A DNA stretch of 64,000 nt from Desulfobacterales bacterium (lineage in GTDB: Bacteria > Desulfobacterota > Desulfobacteria > Desulfobacterales > UBA5852). The stretch spans positions 1,792,001 through 1,856,000 of the forward strand of contig CAXXVS010000003.1 of assembly GCA_963674755.2 (NCBI GenBank), read 5' to 3'. Numbering within the stretch: the first letter of the stretch is position 1; the number at the start of each line of letters is the position of its first letter. Made by a program: the position numbers and the translations under genes. The notes beneath the pieces are model-generated. The model saw nothing but the letters and a program-made list of their open reading frames with translations, was not told the origin of the DNA and made no database searches. Below are positions 28,834 to 39,288 of this stretch, piece by piece.

Positions 28834-28993
28834 GGTGCCTTACCTGCAGTATTACCGAAATACGGAGAGTGGCACGTAATCACAGATTTTGCCCGATTAG
28901 ATTTTCTTGTGATAGCCAAAAAAAGATAGACCTAAATCGATACTGTCCAAGCCAGCTAAAGAATATTCAATACGTTTTCCTTCACGATCGTAT

Positions 28994-29830
28994 TTAAGAC
29001 AGATCCTTATAAGTCAGGACGCGTCCCCACAAACTGCTGGTACCCCACAGGCCAGATCGTAGGCATTCCAGCTGCACGATTTGACTATGATCGACGAAAA
29101 GATTGATTTCAGGTCCGTAGTTCTTCACGTACCAGGCGAAAACTGCAGGATCGGCCGCTTCGAACATGATCTTTTCGAGCCCCAATCCGTTGACGATCTT
29201 GGCCGGGATGTCAGTGCGCCACTGTTTGACGCATTCGGTAATGCCTTCCGATTCGATCATGATCATATAGGCGCCGGCATCGATGAAACGGCGGGCCTGA
29301 TCGATGGCCCACTGAGGATCGGTTGTTCCTTCGGCTTCCAACGCTTCGACTTCGGTTGCGCCGCCTGCACCGAACTGGATACCGATTTCGGGCTTGGCCT
29401 TCAAACCTGCACCTTGGACCTTTTCCACCAGCCTCAGCCAATCGTCAGTCGGAAAGGTGATAAAGCCAGATGAAATTTCAACGATGTCAAAACCCAGCTC
29501 CCGGCACTCCTCGATGTAATAGGCCACGGCCTCCGGTCCCTGGGTTAGGACGTGTTCTATGAAACCGCCAGTGGAAACGAGAACATCGTGCCGGTGGCAT
29601 AGGGAAATCAACTCCCGGACGGCTTTCTCGGGCATCAGGGTAAAAGCGCCGCCGGCAAACTTGAGCGAGTCCACGTAAGCTCCCATGGTATCGAGCACGT
29701 CGGAAAGGTAGTGTGGGCCCATGATGGAATAGTAGGGACCTCGGATTTCGGTGATACCGCGTGTGCGTGGTTTAGCATCACGCTTGTTGATGCGAATTTT
29801 CGGAAATGCGCGTGTATTGTCATCAGTCAT
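28994..29830 (-). CDS. Phosphosulfolactate synthase (ComA/HSA32) family protein
   Basis: KPRTRGITE, DSLKFAGG, VEISSGF, KPEIG, MIESEG, MFEA, NLFVD, LECLR-GLWG. Confidence 0.88.
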   Translation of the reverse strand: MTDDNTRAFPKIRINKRDAKPRTRGITEIRGPYYSIMGPHYLSDVLDTMGAYVDSLKFAGGAFTLMPEKAVRELISLCHRHDVLVSTGGFIEHVLTQGPEAVAYYIEECRELGFDIVEISSGFITFPTDDWLRLVEKVQGAGLKAKPEIGIQFGAGGATEVEALEAEGTTDPQWAIDQARRFIDAGAYMIMIESEGITECVKQWRTDIPAKIVNGLGLEKIMFEAADPAVFAWYVKNYGPEINLFVDHSQIVQLECLRSGLWGTSSLWGRVLTYKDLS

Positions 29831-29913
29831 GTTGGAGTCCTTTCTTATGAGAACAAGGGTAGCGCCAACAGGAACTTGCACAGCGGAGGGCCAGTAAAAA
29901 ACGAGCCTGGCTG

Positions 29914-31290
29914 TCAGTCAGCGGAACGCCCGCCTGTTTTAGCCAACAGCTCGGTGAGTTGATCGATTCGGAGCCTTTCAAGCTGCTGGACCGCTTCAAA
30001 GAGAGCTTGCAGGGTTTCTTCTTCGACGAAAGACTGACCCAGGGAGTTGAACTTGCGCCATGCCCCTTCCCAGTTGACGGGGTTCGTGTAAAAACCTTCG
30101 TAGTCCTTCCGTTCTACCCAAAGGTTTCCACCGTCTTTAAGCTGGATGGTGATGCGGGACCGCATTTCGTCAGGAAAGGAGGCTGAAAATTCTGGTAATT
30201 CCTGCACCGTGATTCTTTGCATCAACCCCTGTACGTCATCAGCGACGATCCGATCGGCGCGATATTGCGCGGGCATAACCTGACCGTCCAGCAGGGCAAC
30301 AGCCACCATGTAGGGCAAGCTATGGTCGGCCTCTTCTTTGGTTCGGACGACTGATTTGTCACCCTCCTCACCCCCTCCGATGATATGAAAGGCGACATCG
30401 AAGGTGTCGATCTGGATAGATTCAATCTCATGGGGCTTCACCCCATAGGTCGCGCGGAGTTCGAGGGTGCCTTCCAAGGTGGCCTGGGAGTGGATTTCAG
30501 CGTTGTATTTCTTGACAATGGTGCGCTTAACTCGCTCAAGGTCTTCCTGTTGCCAGTCGATCTCGAAGGGGCCGGCGATGGCTTCCATGAACCCCTTGTT
30601 ACCCTCAAAAACTTCAGGGGGACCGGTGATACCACGTTTGGCCAAAAAGGCGGCGTGGATGGCACCGAAGGCGGTATTGGGGTAGGCCAGTCCTTTCCAG
30701 TGGGAAAGCGTGCCAGTGCGGGTGACACGTAGGGCGTTAAAGGCCGTTCCACTGATTGCGATGGCATTGGCGGTCTGATCGACATCCAGCCCGAGGGCCT
30801 TCGCAGCGCCGGCGGCCGCGGCATAGGACCCTTGGGTGGTGTGATCGAATCCCTTGGCCCGCACCGGCGCTTCATCCGAGAGACGGCACTGGACCTGATA
30901 GGCGGCGGCCAGGGCCGTAAGGAATTTCTTGCCGCTGGCCCGGGCGTATTCAGCAGCGGCCAGGACGGCCCCCAAATTGTCGCTGGGATGGCAGGTTTCC
31001 CCAGACGCCAGATAACTATCATTGAAATCCAGATAGCGGACCAAGGCGCTGTTGTAGAATGTGGCACGATCAGGAGCGTTTTGGCCGCCTCCGATTAGGG
31101 TGCAAACCGACCGGCCGCCGAAATCCATCAACTGATCATGAACTATCTTAACTGGTTCGCCTGCCTGGGCAGCAATGGCGCACCCCAAGGCATCGACGAC
31201 CCGCAGCTTCAACTGGTCGCAGGCTTGTGACGAGATGTCCTCGAACCGCAACGAAACTAGCCAGCGCGCAATTTTTTCTGCATGTGTCAT
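29914..31290 (-). CDS. MmgE/PrpD-family protein, 2-methylcitrate-dehydratase-like
   Basis: VRYLDFND, CHPSDN, GFDHT, LSHWKG, ADHSLPY; AAGGAG RBS. Confidence 0.92.
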   Translation of the reverse strand: MTHAEKIARWLVSLRFEDISSQACDQLKLRVVDALGCAIAAQAGEPVKIVHDQLMDFGGRSVCTLIGGGQNAPDRATFYNSALVRYLDFNDSYLASGETCHPSDNLGAVLAAAEYARASGKKFLTALAAAYQVQCRLSDEAPVRAKGFDHTTQGSYAAAAGAAKALGLDVDQTANAIAISGTAFNALRVTRTGTLSHWKGLAYPNTAFGAIHAAFLAKRGITGPPEVFEGNKGFMEAIAGPFEIDWQQEDLERVKRTIVKKYNAEIHSQATLEGTLELRATYGVKPHEIESIQIDTFDVAFHIIGGGEEGDKSVVRTKEEADHSLPYMVAVALLDGQVMPAQYRADRIVADDVQGLMQRITVQELPEFSASFPDEMRSRITIQLKDGGNLWVERKDYEGFYTNPVNWEGAWRKFNSLGQSFVEEETLQALFEAVQQLERLRIDQLTELLAKTGGRSAD

Positions 31291-31313
31291 GACACTCCTT
31301 TATCTGCGGTCGT

Positions 31314-31715
31314 TCAAAACTCTGACGAGACATCCTGATCCGGTCCAAAGATATTGATCATGGCGTTGTTGAGCTGATCCAGTTGGAATGGTTTGAATAA
31401 AACATGATTTATGCCGCTGCCCCTAACATTAGGAAGAACATTGCTTGGGGCTTCTCCGGTGAGTGCGATTATTGGTATGTCAGGTTTAATGGACTTTATT
31501 CGTAGGGCGAGTTCCCAACCGTCTATTTGCGGCATGTTGATATCCGTCATTACAAGATTAAAACCATCATCGGTCTCCATAATCTCTAGTGCCTCAGAAC
31601 CGCCTATTGCTGGTACCGTCTCGTATCCTAATTTTATCAATATCTGGCAGACAGACTTCAGCACTACTTTGCTATCATCGACGACAAGGATACGTATTTT
31701 TATTGGTTTCTGCAT
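31314..31715 (-). CDS. Stand-alone response regulator receiver
   Basis: ILVVDD, TDINMP, ALTG, KPF; GAGGAGG RBS. Confidence 0.9.
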   Translation of the reverse strand: MQKPIKIRILVVDDSKVVLKSVCQILIKLGYETVPAIGGSEALEIMETDDGFNLVMTDINMPQIDGWELALRIKSIKPDIPIIALTGEAPSNVLPNVRGSGINHVLFKPFQLDQLNNAMINIFGPDQDVSSEF

Positions 31716-32202
31716 AGCTCCCCTCCTCTCAGCAAGGGTAGCTTCATCAAGTGCCTTCATGCCTAAAAACAACTCACGTGGAATTTCGGAAACGTTTTTT
31801 TAACATCCTTGATAAGTAATCCCCGACGGTGTTTAGTTGAAGCGTAGTCCGCATTCTGCTCTCACTATTCATCTGTCTATACCGGACTCAAACTTGACAG
31901 ACGTTTTTATATTCGTGGTTATAGGCTAGTACATGCAAATAGATGCGTAAAGGATCGGAATAAATATTTCCTGACAAACCCCATATTCGATTCTTTTTGT
32001 GTTTGGCCTTCCCAGTCTGCCGAGCTTTTTGGACACACCTGATAACATCCTTATACAGTCCGGTTTGCTCACAAATACACAAAGCATCCCATTTCCCCAA
32101 ACTTTATAAACGATTAAACGCGAGCGCATCGGCTTAGCGAAGCTTCCAAACGGGTAGTTAAGCATTAAGCAGAACAACGAAGAAACGATTAGGAGGGGGG
32201 GC

Positions 32203-34473
32203 ATGCCCGAGCAGCAACAATCCTTTATTGCGCTATCGCCATGGTGGCGGCGCAGCGTCGCAATCGTATTCCTGGTGGGCATGATCGGACTTATTACTAT
32301 GTCGGTGCGTGCCTACCGGGACGCTCCTCCCATTCCGGCGAAAATTGTTGATTCCCGTGGCGAAGTTATCCTTGAGGGACGTGATATCGAGGCCGGTCAG
32401 CAGGTATTTTTGAAATACGGATTGATGCAGAATGGTTCCATTTGGGGACATGGATCGTACCTGGGCCCGGATTTTTCGGCGGCCTACCTGCACGAATTGT
32501 CTATAGAAACCGGTAAGGCCGTTGCCCGCCAGGAGTTCGGAACCGATCCAGCATTGCTTGATGCATCACAGATGGCCTTGGTTGATGCCCGTGTAAGCGC
32601 ATTGCTCAAGGAAAATAGATACAACCACGCATCGAACCAACTGGTCTTTATCGAACCCGAAAAAGCCTCCTTTGAAAAACAATTGACGGCCTGGCGCGAC
32701 TATTTCAAAGCGCCTATCCGCAATTCAGGACTTCCCAGCAATTACATCAGCGACCCCGATGAAATTCGCCAACTGACCGCCTTTTTTGCCTGGGCCGCAT
32801 GGGCGAGCGTTGCTAATCGGCCCGGCAAAAACTATTCCTACACCAATAATTTCCCTTACGATCCGGCCGTCGGCAATCGCGTGACCAGCGACGCGATTCT
32901 CTGGAGTGCGCTTAGTGTCGTCATGCTGTTGGCCGGGCTGGCGGTGGTGCTGTTTGTGTTCGGCAAATTCGACTACCTGGGTTGGAAGGGCGGGCCCGAG
33001 GGCACCTCACCGCATATGCTGCCGGGGGAGGCCACCGCCGGGCAGAAAGCCACCATCAAGTACTTTCTGATCGTAGCGCTGCTCTTCCTGGCCCAGGTAT
33101 TGATCGGGGGTGCCCTGGCGCACTACAAGGCGGAACCGGGAAGTTTTTACGGGATCGACCTCTCACAGTTTCTGCCGAGCAACATCTTGCGCACCTGGCA
33201 TTTGCAGCTGGCCATTTTCTGGATCGCCACGGCCTACGTCGCCGGCGGCCTTCTTTTGGCATCCTCCCTGAGCCGCAAAGAGCCGCAGGGGCATGTCGCC
33301 GGTGTTCATATGCTGTTCTGGGCTTTGGTCGTTCTGGTGGTCGGAAGCCTCATCGGGGAAATTCTGGGCATCCACCAGCTTTTCGGAAACCTGTGGGAGT
33401 GGTTCGGCCATCAGGGGTGGGAGTTTCTGGAACTCGGCCGGTTCTGGCAGGTGGTCCTGGTAATCGGTTTAAGCCTCTGGCTCCTGCTGCTCTATCGTCT
33501 TACCGCGCCGGCCCTGAAAGATCTGGAGCGCAAGGAAATCACGCTCCTCTTTTTGGGCGGGGCCGCGGCAATCCCCTTTTTCTATTTGCCGGCCTTCTTT
33601 TTCGGCAGCACCTCCAATTTCACGGTCGTGGATACCTGGCGCTTCTGGATCATCCATCTGTGGGTGGAAGGGTTTTTCGAGTTGTTCGTCACCGTCCTGG
33701 TCGCCGTGACCTTTTATCAACTGGGGGTGGTGAAGCGCATCAACGTGGTGCGCATCATCTATCTGGATGCCATCCTCTTTCTGGCGGGCGGCATCATGGG
33801 GACCGCCCATCACTGGTACTGGACCGGTCAGTCCAATTTCACCCTGGCCCTGGCCGCCATGTTTTCAGCCCTCGAAGTGGTGCCCCTGACCTTGTTGACG
33901 CTGGATGCCTGGGATTTCATCCGCCTTACCGGCACCGGTGAAAACGCAGAGGCACCCAAAAAAATAATCCCCCACAAATGGGCCTTTTATTTTCTCATGG
34001 CCGTGGGGTTCTGGAATTTCGTCGGGGCCGGGATTTTCGGGTTCTTGATCAACATGCCGGTGGTGAGCTATTTCGAAGCCGGCACCGTATTGACATTGAA
34101 CCACGGGCATGCGGCCCTCCTGGGTGCTTTCGGCATGCTGGCCATGGCCCTTCTTGTTCTTGGACTGCGCCACGTATTGACCGATGAACAATGGATCCTG
34201 CCGGAGAAATTCGTCAAGTTGTCGTTCTGGGGCTTGAACATTGGTCTGGCCTTGATGGTCAGCACCAACTTGTTTCCCGAAGGGGTGCTTCAAGTATGGG
34301 ATGTCCTCCAAAACGGCTATTGGCATGCCCGCAGTTTGGAATTCATCGCTGCTGACCACATCCGCACGCTGGAGTGGATCAGCATGCCGTCGCATCTGAT
34401 CCTGATCCTGCTGGGCGTCTGCCCGATGGTCGTCGCTTCGGGGTTGACCTACCTGCGAATGAAGCAGGCCTGA
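32203..34473 (+). CDS. norB: Quinol-dependent nitric oxide reductase (qNor/NorZ)
   Basis: GSIWGHGSY, YTNNFP, RTWHLQ, HLWVEGFFE, GTAHHWYW, HGHAAL; single 756-aa subunit. Confidence 0.95.
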   Translation: MPEQQQSFIALSPWWRRSVAIVFLVGMIGLITMSVRAYRDAPPIPAKIVDSRGEVILEGRDIEAGQQVFLKYGLMQNGSIWGHGSYLGPDFSAAYLHELSIETGKAVARQEFGTDPALLDASQMALVDARVSALLKENRYNHASNQLVFIEPEKASFEKQLTAWRDYFKAPIRNSGLPSNYISDPDEIRQLTAFFAWAAWASVANRPGKNYSYTNNFPYDPAVGNRVTSDAILWSALSVVMLLAGLAVVLFVFGKFDYLGWKGGPEGTSPHMLPGEATAGQKATIKYFLIVALLFLAQVLIGGALAHYKAEPGSFYGIDLSQFLPSNILRTWHLQLAIFWIATAYVAGGLLLASSLSRKEPQGHVAGVHMLFWALVVLVVGSLIGEILGIHQLFGNLWEWFGHQGWEFLELGRFWQVVLVIGLSLWLLLLYRLTAPALKDLERKEITLLFLGGAAAIPFFYLPAFFFGSTSNFTVVDTWRFWIIHLWVEGFFELFVTVLVAVTFYQLGVVKRINVVRIIYLDAILFLAGGIMGTAHHWYWTGQSNFTLALAAMFSALEVVPLTLLTLDAWDFIRLTGTGENAEAPKKIIPHKWAFYFLMAVGFWNFVGAGIFGFLINMPVVSYFEAGTVLTLNHGHAALLGAFGMLAMALLVLGLRHVLTDEQWILPEKFVKLSFWGLNIGLALMVSTNLFPEGVLQVWDVLQNGYWHARSLEFIAADHIRTLEWISMPSHLILILLGVCPMVVASGLTYLRMKQA

Positions 34474-34571
34474 TTGCCAAGCCCCTTTCGGGCGATGACG
34501 AGCCTTTACTGCAATAACGCTGCGCCGCTCAGACACAGCGGCCCTAAATTCAGCAAACGGAGGACAACCGC

Positions 34572-35111
34572 ATGCAAGCACGTGGACCACTCATGATCGA
34601 GCATCGTCTTATTGAACGGATGCTTTCCGTTATTAGAAAAGCCCTTTCCGAAACCGAAGCAAGACACAAGATTGATCCGGTGTTCGTTGACACCGCGGTT
34701 GATTTCATCCGGGTTTATGCCGACCGGACGCACCACGGTAAGGAAGAAGATATCCTCTTTCGCGCATTGAAAAATAAGCAGCTGACAGCAGAGGATCGCC
34801 AAATTATGGAAGAACTGATTGAAGAGCATGTATTCGGTCGCCAAACAACCAAAGCACTTGTTGAAGCCAACACCCGATACCGGAATGGAGATCCGACCGC
34901 CCTGGCCGATATAGCCGCGAACCTTCAAACCCTTACCGCGTTCTATCCCAAACATATCGAGAAAGAAGATAAAGTGTTTTTCCCTTCATCCAGAGACTAT
35001 TTTACGGATGACGAGGATCAGGCCATGCTGGCAGCGTTCCGGGAATTTGATCGAAGTATGATTCATGAAAAATACGAATTGCTGGTCGATCAATTTGAAA
35101 AGCGGCAATAG
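34572..35111 (+). CDS. Hemerythrin (HHE) domain protein
   Basis: EH-LIE, HHGKEE-LF, EH, HIEKED-FFP. Confidence 0.92.
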   Translation: MQARGPLMIEHRLIERMLSVIRKALSETEARHKIDPVFVDTAVDFIRVYADRTHHGKEEDILFRALKNKQLTAEDRQIMEELIEEHVFGRQTTKALVEANTRYRNGDPTALADIAANLQTLTAFYPKHIEKEDKVFFPSSRDYFTDDEDQAMLAAFREFDRSMIHEKYELLVDQFEKRQ

Positions 35112-35340
35112 CGTCCAAGAAGTAAGTGCACCGTCCTGTCATTTTGCTGACATTTTACGACAGCAGATGACCGGTCAACGCAGCAGCTATTCCCTGCCGG
35201 CATGTAATTCAGGCGAACTAGCTTAATCCTGAAGCGCGGTGTGACATTTTGGGTCGACAGGGCATAGTCGGAAACCTGTGTGATTTAGGCTAAAAAGAAT
35301 AACACGAAATCGCATATTTTGGATGGAAAACAGCAAGTAT

Positions 35341-35354
35341 TTGACTTAGATCAA
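35341..35354. promoter_or_regulatory. FNR/DNR-type box upstream of narG
   Basis: TTGAC-TTAG-ATCAA, one mismatch to TTGAT-N4-ATCAA. Confidence 0.75.
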
Positions 35355-35399
35355 ATCATTTTATTTATAAATTGATTACTAATGGTTTAGCACTACCGT

Positions 35400-35461
35400 T
35401 CCAATTCTAACTGATCATTTGATTTTCCACTCCAATTCTAACTGATCATTTGATTTTCCAC
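35400..35461 (+). repeat. Perfect 31-bp tandem duplication in the narG upstream region
   Basis: tccaattctaactgatcatttgattttccac x2. Confidence 0.97.
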
Positions 35462-35589
35462 CTGTGTTAAAAAAGTATCTGTTCGCTCACATTGATGCCC
35501 AAGGCAATCTTGTCCAAACAGCTTTGATATATCCACCAGCCGATTGATCTGCACGCATTTTTTTCACGTCAACAGAGGAGGAGTCTCCA

Positions 35590-38500
35590 ATGGCAGAATC
35601 GTTGCTCTTTTCAAAACTCCGGTTCCTTCGGCCCAAGCGTAGCAATCATGGCTGCCAAGAAGAAAAAAGTGAGGACCAGTGGGCGGAAATCCGCTGCGGC
35701 CAGCGGGAGTGGGAGGATTTATACCGGCGGCGCTGGCAATACGACAAGAAGGTGCGTTCCACCCATGGGGTCAACTGCACCGGTTCCTGTTCCTGGGACG
35801 TCTATGTCAAGGACGGTATTCTGGTATGGGAAACCCAGGCCACGGACTATCCGGCCTGTGGTGAAGGCTATCCCAATCACGAACCGCGCGGCTGTCCCCG
35901 CGGTGCCACCTACTCGTGGTACACTTACAGCCCGGTCCGGTTGAAATACCCCTTGATTCGCTCCAGCCTGCTACAGATGTGGCGCGAGGCCCTGGATCAA
36001 TACACCGATCCCGTGGCCGCCTGGGAAAGCATCGTCAGCGATGAAGAAAAACGTCATCGGTTCCAGCGTGAGCGTGGCAAGGGGGGCTTCGTCCGGGCCA
36101 CCTGGGACGAGGCGGCCACCATGATCGCTGCCGGCTTGATCCACACCATCAAGGAATACGGGCCGGACCGTATCTTCGGGTTCTCGCCGATCCCGGCCAT
36201 GTCCATGGTGTGCTACGCCTCGGGAGCCCGCTTCCTGTCGCTGATCGGCGCCTCCATGATCAGTTTCTACGACTGGTACTGCGATTTGCCGCCGGCCTCG
36301 CCCCAGATCTGGGGCGAACAGACCGACGTGCCTGAGAGCGCCGACTGGTTCGAATCGTCCTATTTCATCGTCTGGGGCACCAATCTGCCCATGACCCGCA
36401 CGCCGGATGCCCACTTCTACAGCGAAGCCCGCTACCGCGGCGCCCGGGTGGCGGCGGTGGCCCCCGACTATGCCGAGTATGTCAAATTCGCCGACACCTG
36501 GCTGCCGGCCAAAGCGGGCACCGATGCGGCCCTGGCCATGGCCATGACCCATGTCATCGTCAAGGAATTCTACATCGACCGCCAGGTGCCCTATTTCATC
36601 GATTACGCCAAACGTTACACCGACCTGCCCTTCGCGGTGGTTCTGGAGAACGCCGATGACCATCACACCCCCGGACGGTTTCTGCGGGCCGCCGACCTGG
36701 GCAGCGATACCAACAACACCCAGTGGAAAACAGTGGTATACGACAGTGCCGGGAAGCGCTTTGCCGTTCCCAACGGCAGCATAGGATTCCGCTGGAACGA
36801 GGAGGGCAGCTGGAACCTCAAGATGGAGGAGGATGGACGGCCGATCGATCCGATGCTCAGCTTCGCGGACCAGTCCGACGGGTGGCAGGAAGTCGCCTTC
36901 CCTATATTCGAAACCGTCGATGCCGGAATAAAAAAGGGCGTTGTGCCCTTTAAAACGATCACCACCGCATCGGGGAAGCTGCGGGTAACAACGGTCTTCG
37001 ACCTCATGGCTGCCAACCTGGGCGTCGCGCACCCCCGCGCATCGTCGAACACCGCCGATTATCCCGCCGACTACACGGATCTCAAGCCCTACACACCCGC
37101 CTGGCAGGAGGCCGTTACCGGCGTGCCGGCCGAGGACGCCATCCGGGTGGCTCGGGAGTTTGCCGACAACGCCGCCAAGACCCGCGGCAAATCCATGATC
37201 TTTTTAGGCGCCGGTACCAACCACTGGTATCACAGCGACATGATCTATCGCACAATCATCAACCTGGTCACCCTTTGCGGCTGCCAGGGGGTCAACGGCG
37301 GTGGTTGGGCGCATTACGTGGGGCAGGAGAAGGTGAGACCCCAGGCGGCCTGGTCCCAGCTGGCCTTCGGTCTCGATTGGCGCCGACCGCCGCGCTTGCA
37401 GAACGGGACGTCGTTTTACTATTTTGCCAGCGACCAATGGCGCTATGACGGCCAGCAGCCCGGGACGGTGCTTAGTCCCCTGGCGCGTCAGAAGCCGTTG
37501 GCGCACATGGCCGACTACAACGTGACGGCGGCCCGTCTGGGATGGCTGCCTTCCTATCCCCAGTTCGATCAAAATCCCATCGCGATCGTCCGCGATGCCG
37601 TTACGGAGGGCGCCGTTTCGGACGAGCAGATTGCGGCTTTTGCCGCCGAAAAGCTCAAAAATGGAAAGCTGAATTTTGCCATCGAAGATCCGGATCATCC
37701 CGCCAACTTTCCGCGCGTGCTTTTCCTCTGGCGCGCCAACCTGCTGGGTGCCAGCGGCAAGGGCCACGAATATTTTCTCAAGCATCTGCTGGGGGCCGAC
37801 CATGCTGTCTTGAACACGGATAGCGAACTGCGACCGGAGCAGATCAAATGGCGCGAACCGGCCCCGGAGGGCAAGCTGGATCTGCTGGTGACGCTGGAAC
37901 TGCGCATGTCCACCAGCGCCATGTACGCCGATATCGCCCTGCCGGCCGCTGGCTGGTATGAGATGCACGACCTGAATACCACCGACATGCACCCCTTCAT
38001 CCACCCCTTCAATCCGGCCATCGATCCGCCCTGGGAGACGCGCACCAACTGGGAGCAGTTCAAAACCATTGCCGCGAAATTCTCGGAGATGGCCGCCGAA
38101 CATCTCGGAGAGGTCAAGGACTTGGTGGCCACCCCCCTGATGCACGACAGCCCCGGTGAAATCGCTCAACCGGATGTTCGGGACTGGAAGAAGGGCGAAT
38201 GCGATCCCCAGCCAGGCAAGACCATGCCCAACCTGACCGTGGTGACCCGCGATTACGCCAATATCTATCGAATGATGACGTCACTGGGACCATTGGCGGT
38301 CTCCGCGGGGGTCGGTTCGAAAGGCATCATGTGGAAGGCTGAGGAAGAAGTTGAATCGCTGAAGCATTCTCTGGGGAAAGTGACCGAAGAGGGTGTCTCC
38401 CACGGGCAGCCTTCGATTCAGACGGCCAAGCAGGCGGCCGAAACCATCCTGGCACTCGCCCCGGAGACCAACGGCGAAACGGCGGTCAAGGCGTGGAAGG

Positions 38501-39288
38501 GCGTGGAAAAACGGACCGGGCTGTCCTTGCAGCATCTCAGCCTGCGCCGCCAGGGCGAGCGGTTTCGCTTCGACGACCTGAGCGTCCAACCGCGCAAAAT
38601 CATTACCTCGCCGATCTGGAGCGGCATCGAATCCGAAGAGCGGCGCTATTCACCTTTCGTGATCAACATCGAAGAGAAAGTACCGTTCCGGACGTTGACG
38701 GGGCGCGCCCAGTTTTACCAGGATCACCCCTGGATGCGCGATTTCGGCGAACACCTGCCGCTCTACCGGCCGCCGGTGGATATGGCCGGCCTGGAGCCGC
38801 AAGGGGTTGTGCGGGAACCAGACCGGGAGATCGAGCTCAATTACCTGACTCCCCATTCCAAGTGGTCCATTCACAGCACCTATTCGGACACCCTGACCAT
38901 GCTGACGCTCTTCCGGGGCGGGGAGGCCATCTGGATCAACGACGAAGACGCCCGCAAAATTGCCATCAAGGACAACGACTGGCTGGAATGCTTCAACGCC
39001 AACGGGGTGGTCATGGCCAAGGCCGTGGTCAGCCCGCGCATCCCGCCGGGCAAGGCCTTCATGTACCATGCCCAGGAGCGGTTGATTAACACGCCGGGAT
39101 CGGGTGTGTCCGGCAAGCGCGGTGGCACCCACAACAGCGTCACCCGCATCGTGGTGAAACCCACGCACATGATCGGCGGCTATGCCCAGCTGAGTTACGG
39201 GTTTAACTATTACGGCCCCATCGGGTCCCAACGCGACGAGACCATCATCGTGCGCAAAGCCGGGGAGGTGGACTGGTATGAAGATTAA
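35590..39288 (+). CDS. narG: Respiratory nitrate reductase alpha subunit
   Basis: STHGVNCTGSC, EPRGCPRGA, SFYDWYCDLPP, TPHSKWSIHS; no Tat signal. Confidence 0.98.
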   Translation: MAESLLFSKLRFLRPKRSNHGCQEEKSEDQWAEIRCGQREWEDLYRRRWQYDKKVRSTHGVNCTGSCSWDVYVKDGILVWETQATDYPACGEGYPNHEPRGCPRGATYSWYTYSPVRLKYPLIRSSLLQMWREALDQYTDPVAAWESIVSDEEKRHRFQRERGKGGFVRATWDEAATMIAAGLIHTIKEYGPDRIFGFSPIPAMSMVCYASGARFLSLIGASMISFYDWYCDLPPASPQIWGEQTDVPESADWFESSYFIVWGTNLPMTRTPDAHFYSEARYRGARVAAVAPDYAEYVKFADTWLPAKAGTDAALAMAMTHVIVKEFYIDRQVPYFIDYAKRYTDLPFAVVLENADDHHTPGRFLRAADLGSDTNNTQWKTVVYDSAGKRFAVPNGSIGFRWNEEGSWNLKMEEDGRPIDPMLSFADQSDGWQEVAFPIFETVDAGIKKGVVPFKTITTASGKLRVTTVFDLMAANLGVAHPRASSNTADYPADYTDLKPYTPAWQEAVTGVPAEDAIRVAREFADNAAKTRGKSMIFLGAGTNHWYHSDMIYRTIINLVTLCGCQGVNGGGWAHYVGQEKVRPQAAWSQLAFGLDWRRPPRLQNGTSFYYFASDQWRYDGQQPGTVLSPLARQKPLAHMADYNVTAARLGWLPSYPQFDQNPIAIVRDAVTEGAVSDEQIAAFAAEKLKNGKLNFAIEDPDHPANFPRVLFLWRANLLGASGKGHEYFLKHLLGADHAVLNTDSELRPEQIKWREPAPEGKLDLLVTLELRMSTSAMYADIALPAAGWYEMHDLNTTDMHPFIHPFNPAIDPPWETRTNWEQFKTIAAKFSEMAAEHLGEVKDLVATPLMHDSPGEIAQPDVRDWKKGECDPQPGKTMPNLTVVTRDYANIYRMMTSLGPLAVSAGVGSKGIMWKAEEEVESLKHSLGKVTEEGVSHGQPSIQTAKQAAETILALAPETNGETAVKAWKGVEKRTGLSLQHLSLRRQGERFRFDDLSVQPRKIITSPIWSGIESEERRYSPFVINIEEKVPFRTLTGRAQFYQDHPWMRDFGEHLPLYRPPVDMAGLEPQGVVREPDREIELNYLTPHSKWSIHSTYSDTLTMLTLFRGGEAIWINDEDARKIAIKDNDWLECFNANGVVMAKAVVSPRIPPGKAFMYHAQERLINTPGSGVSGKRGGTHNSVTRIVVKPTHMIGGYAQLSYGFNYYGPIGSQRDETIIVRKAGEVDWYED

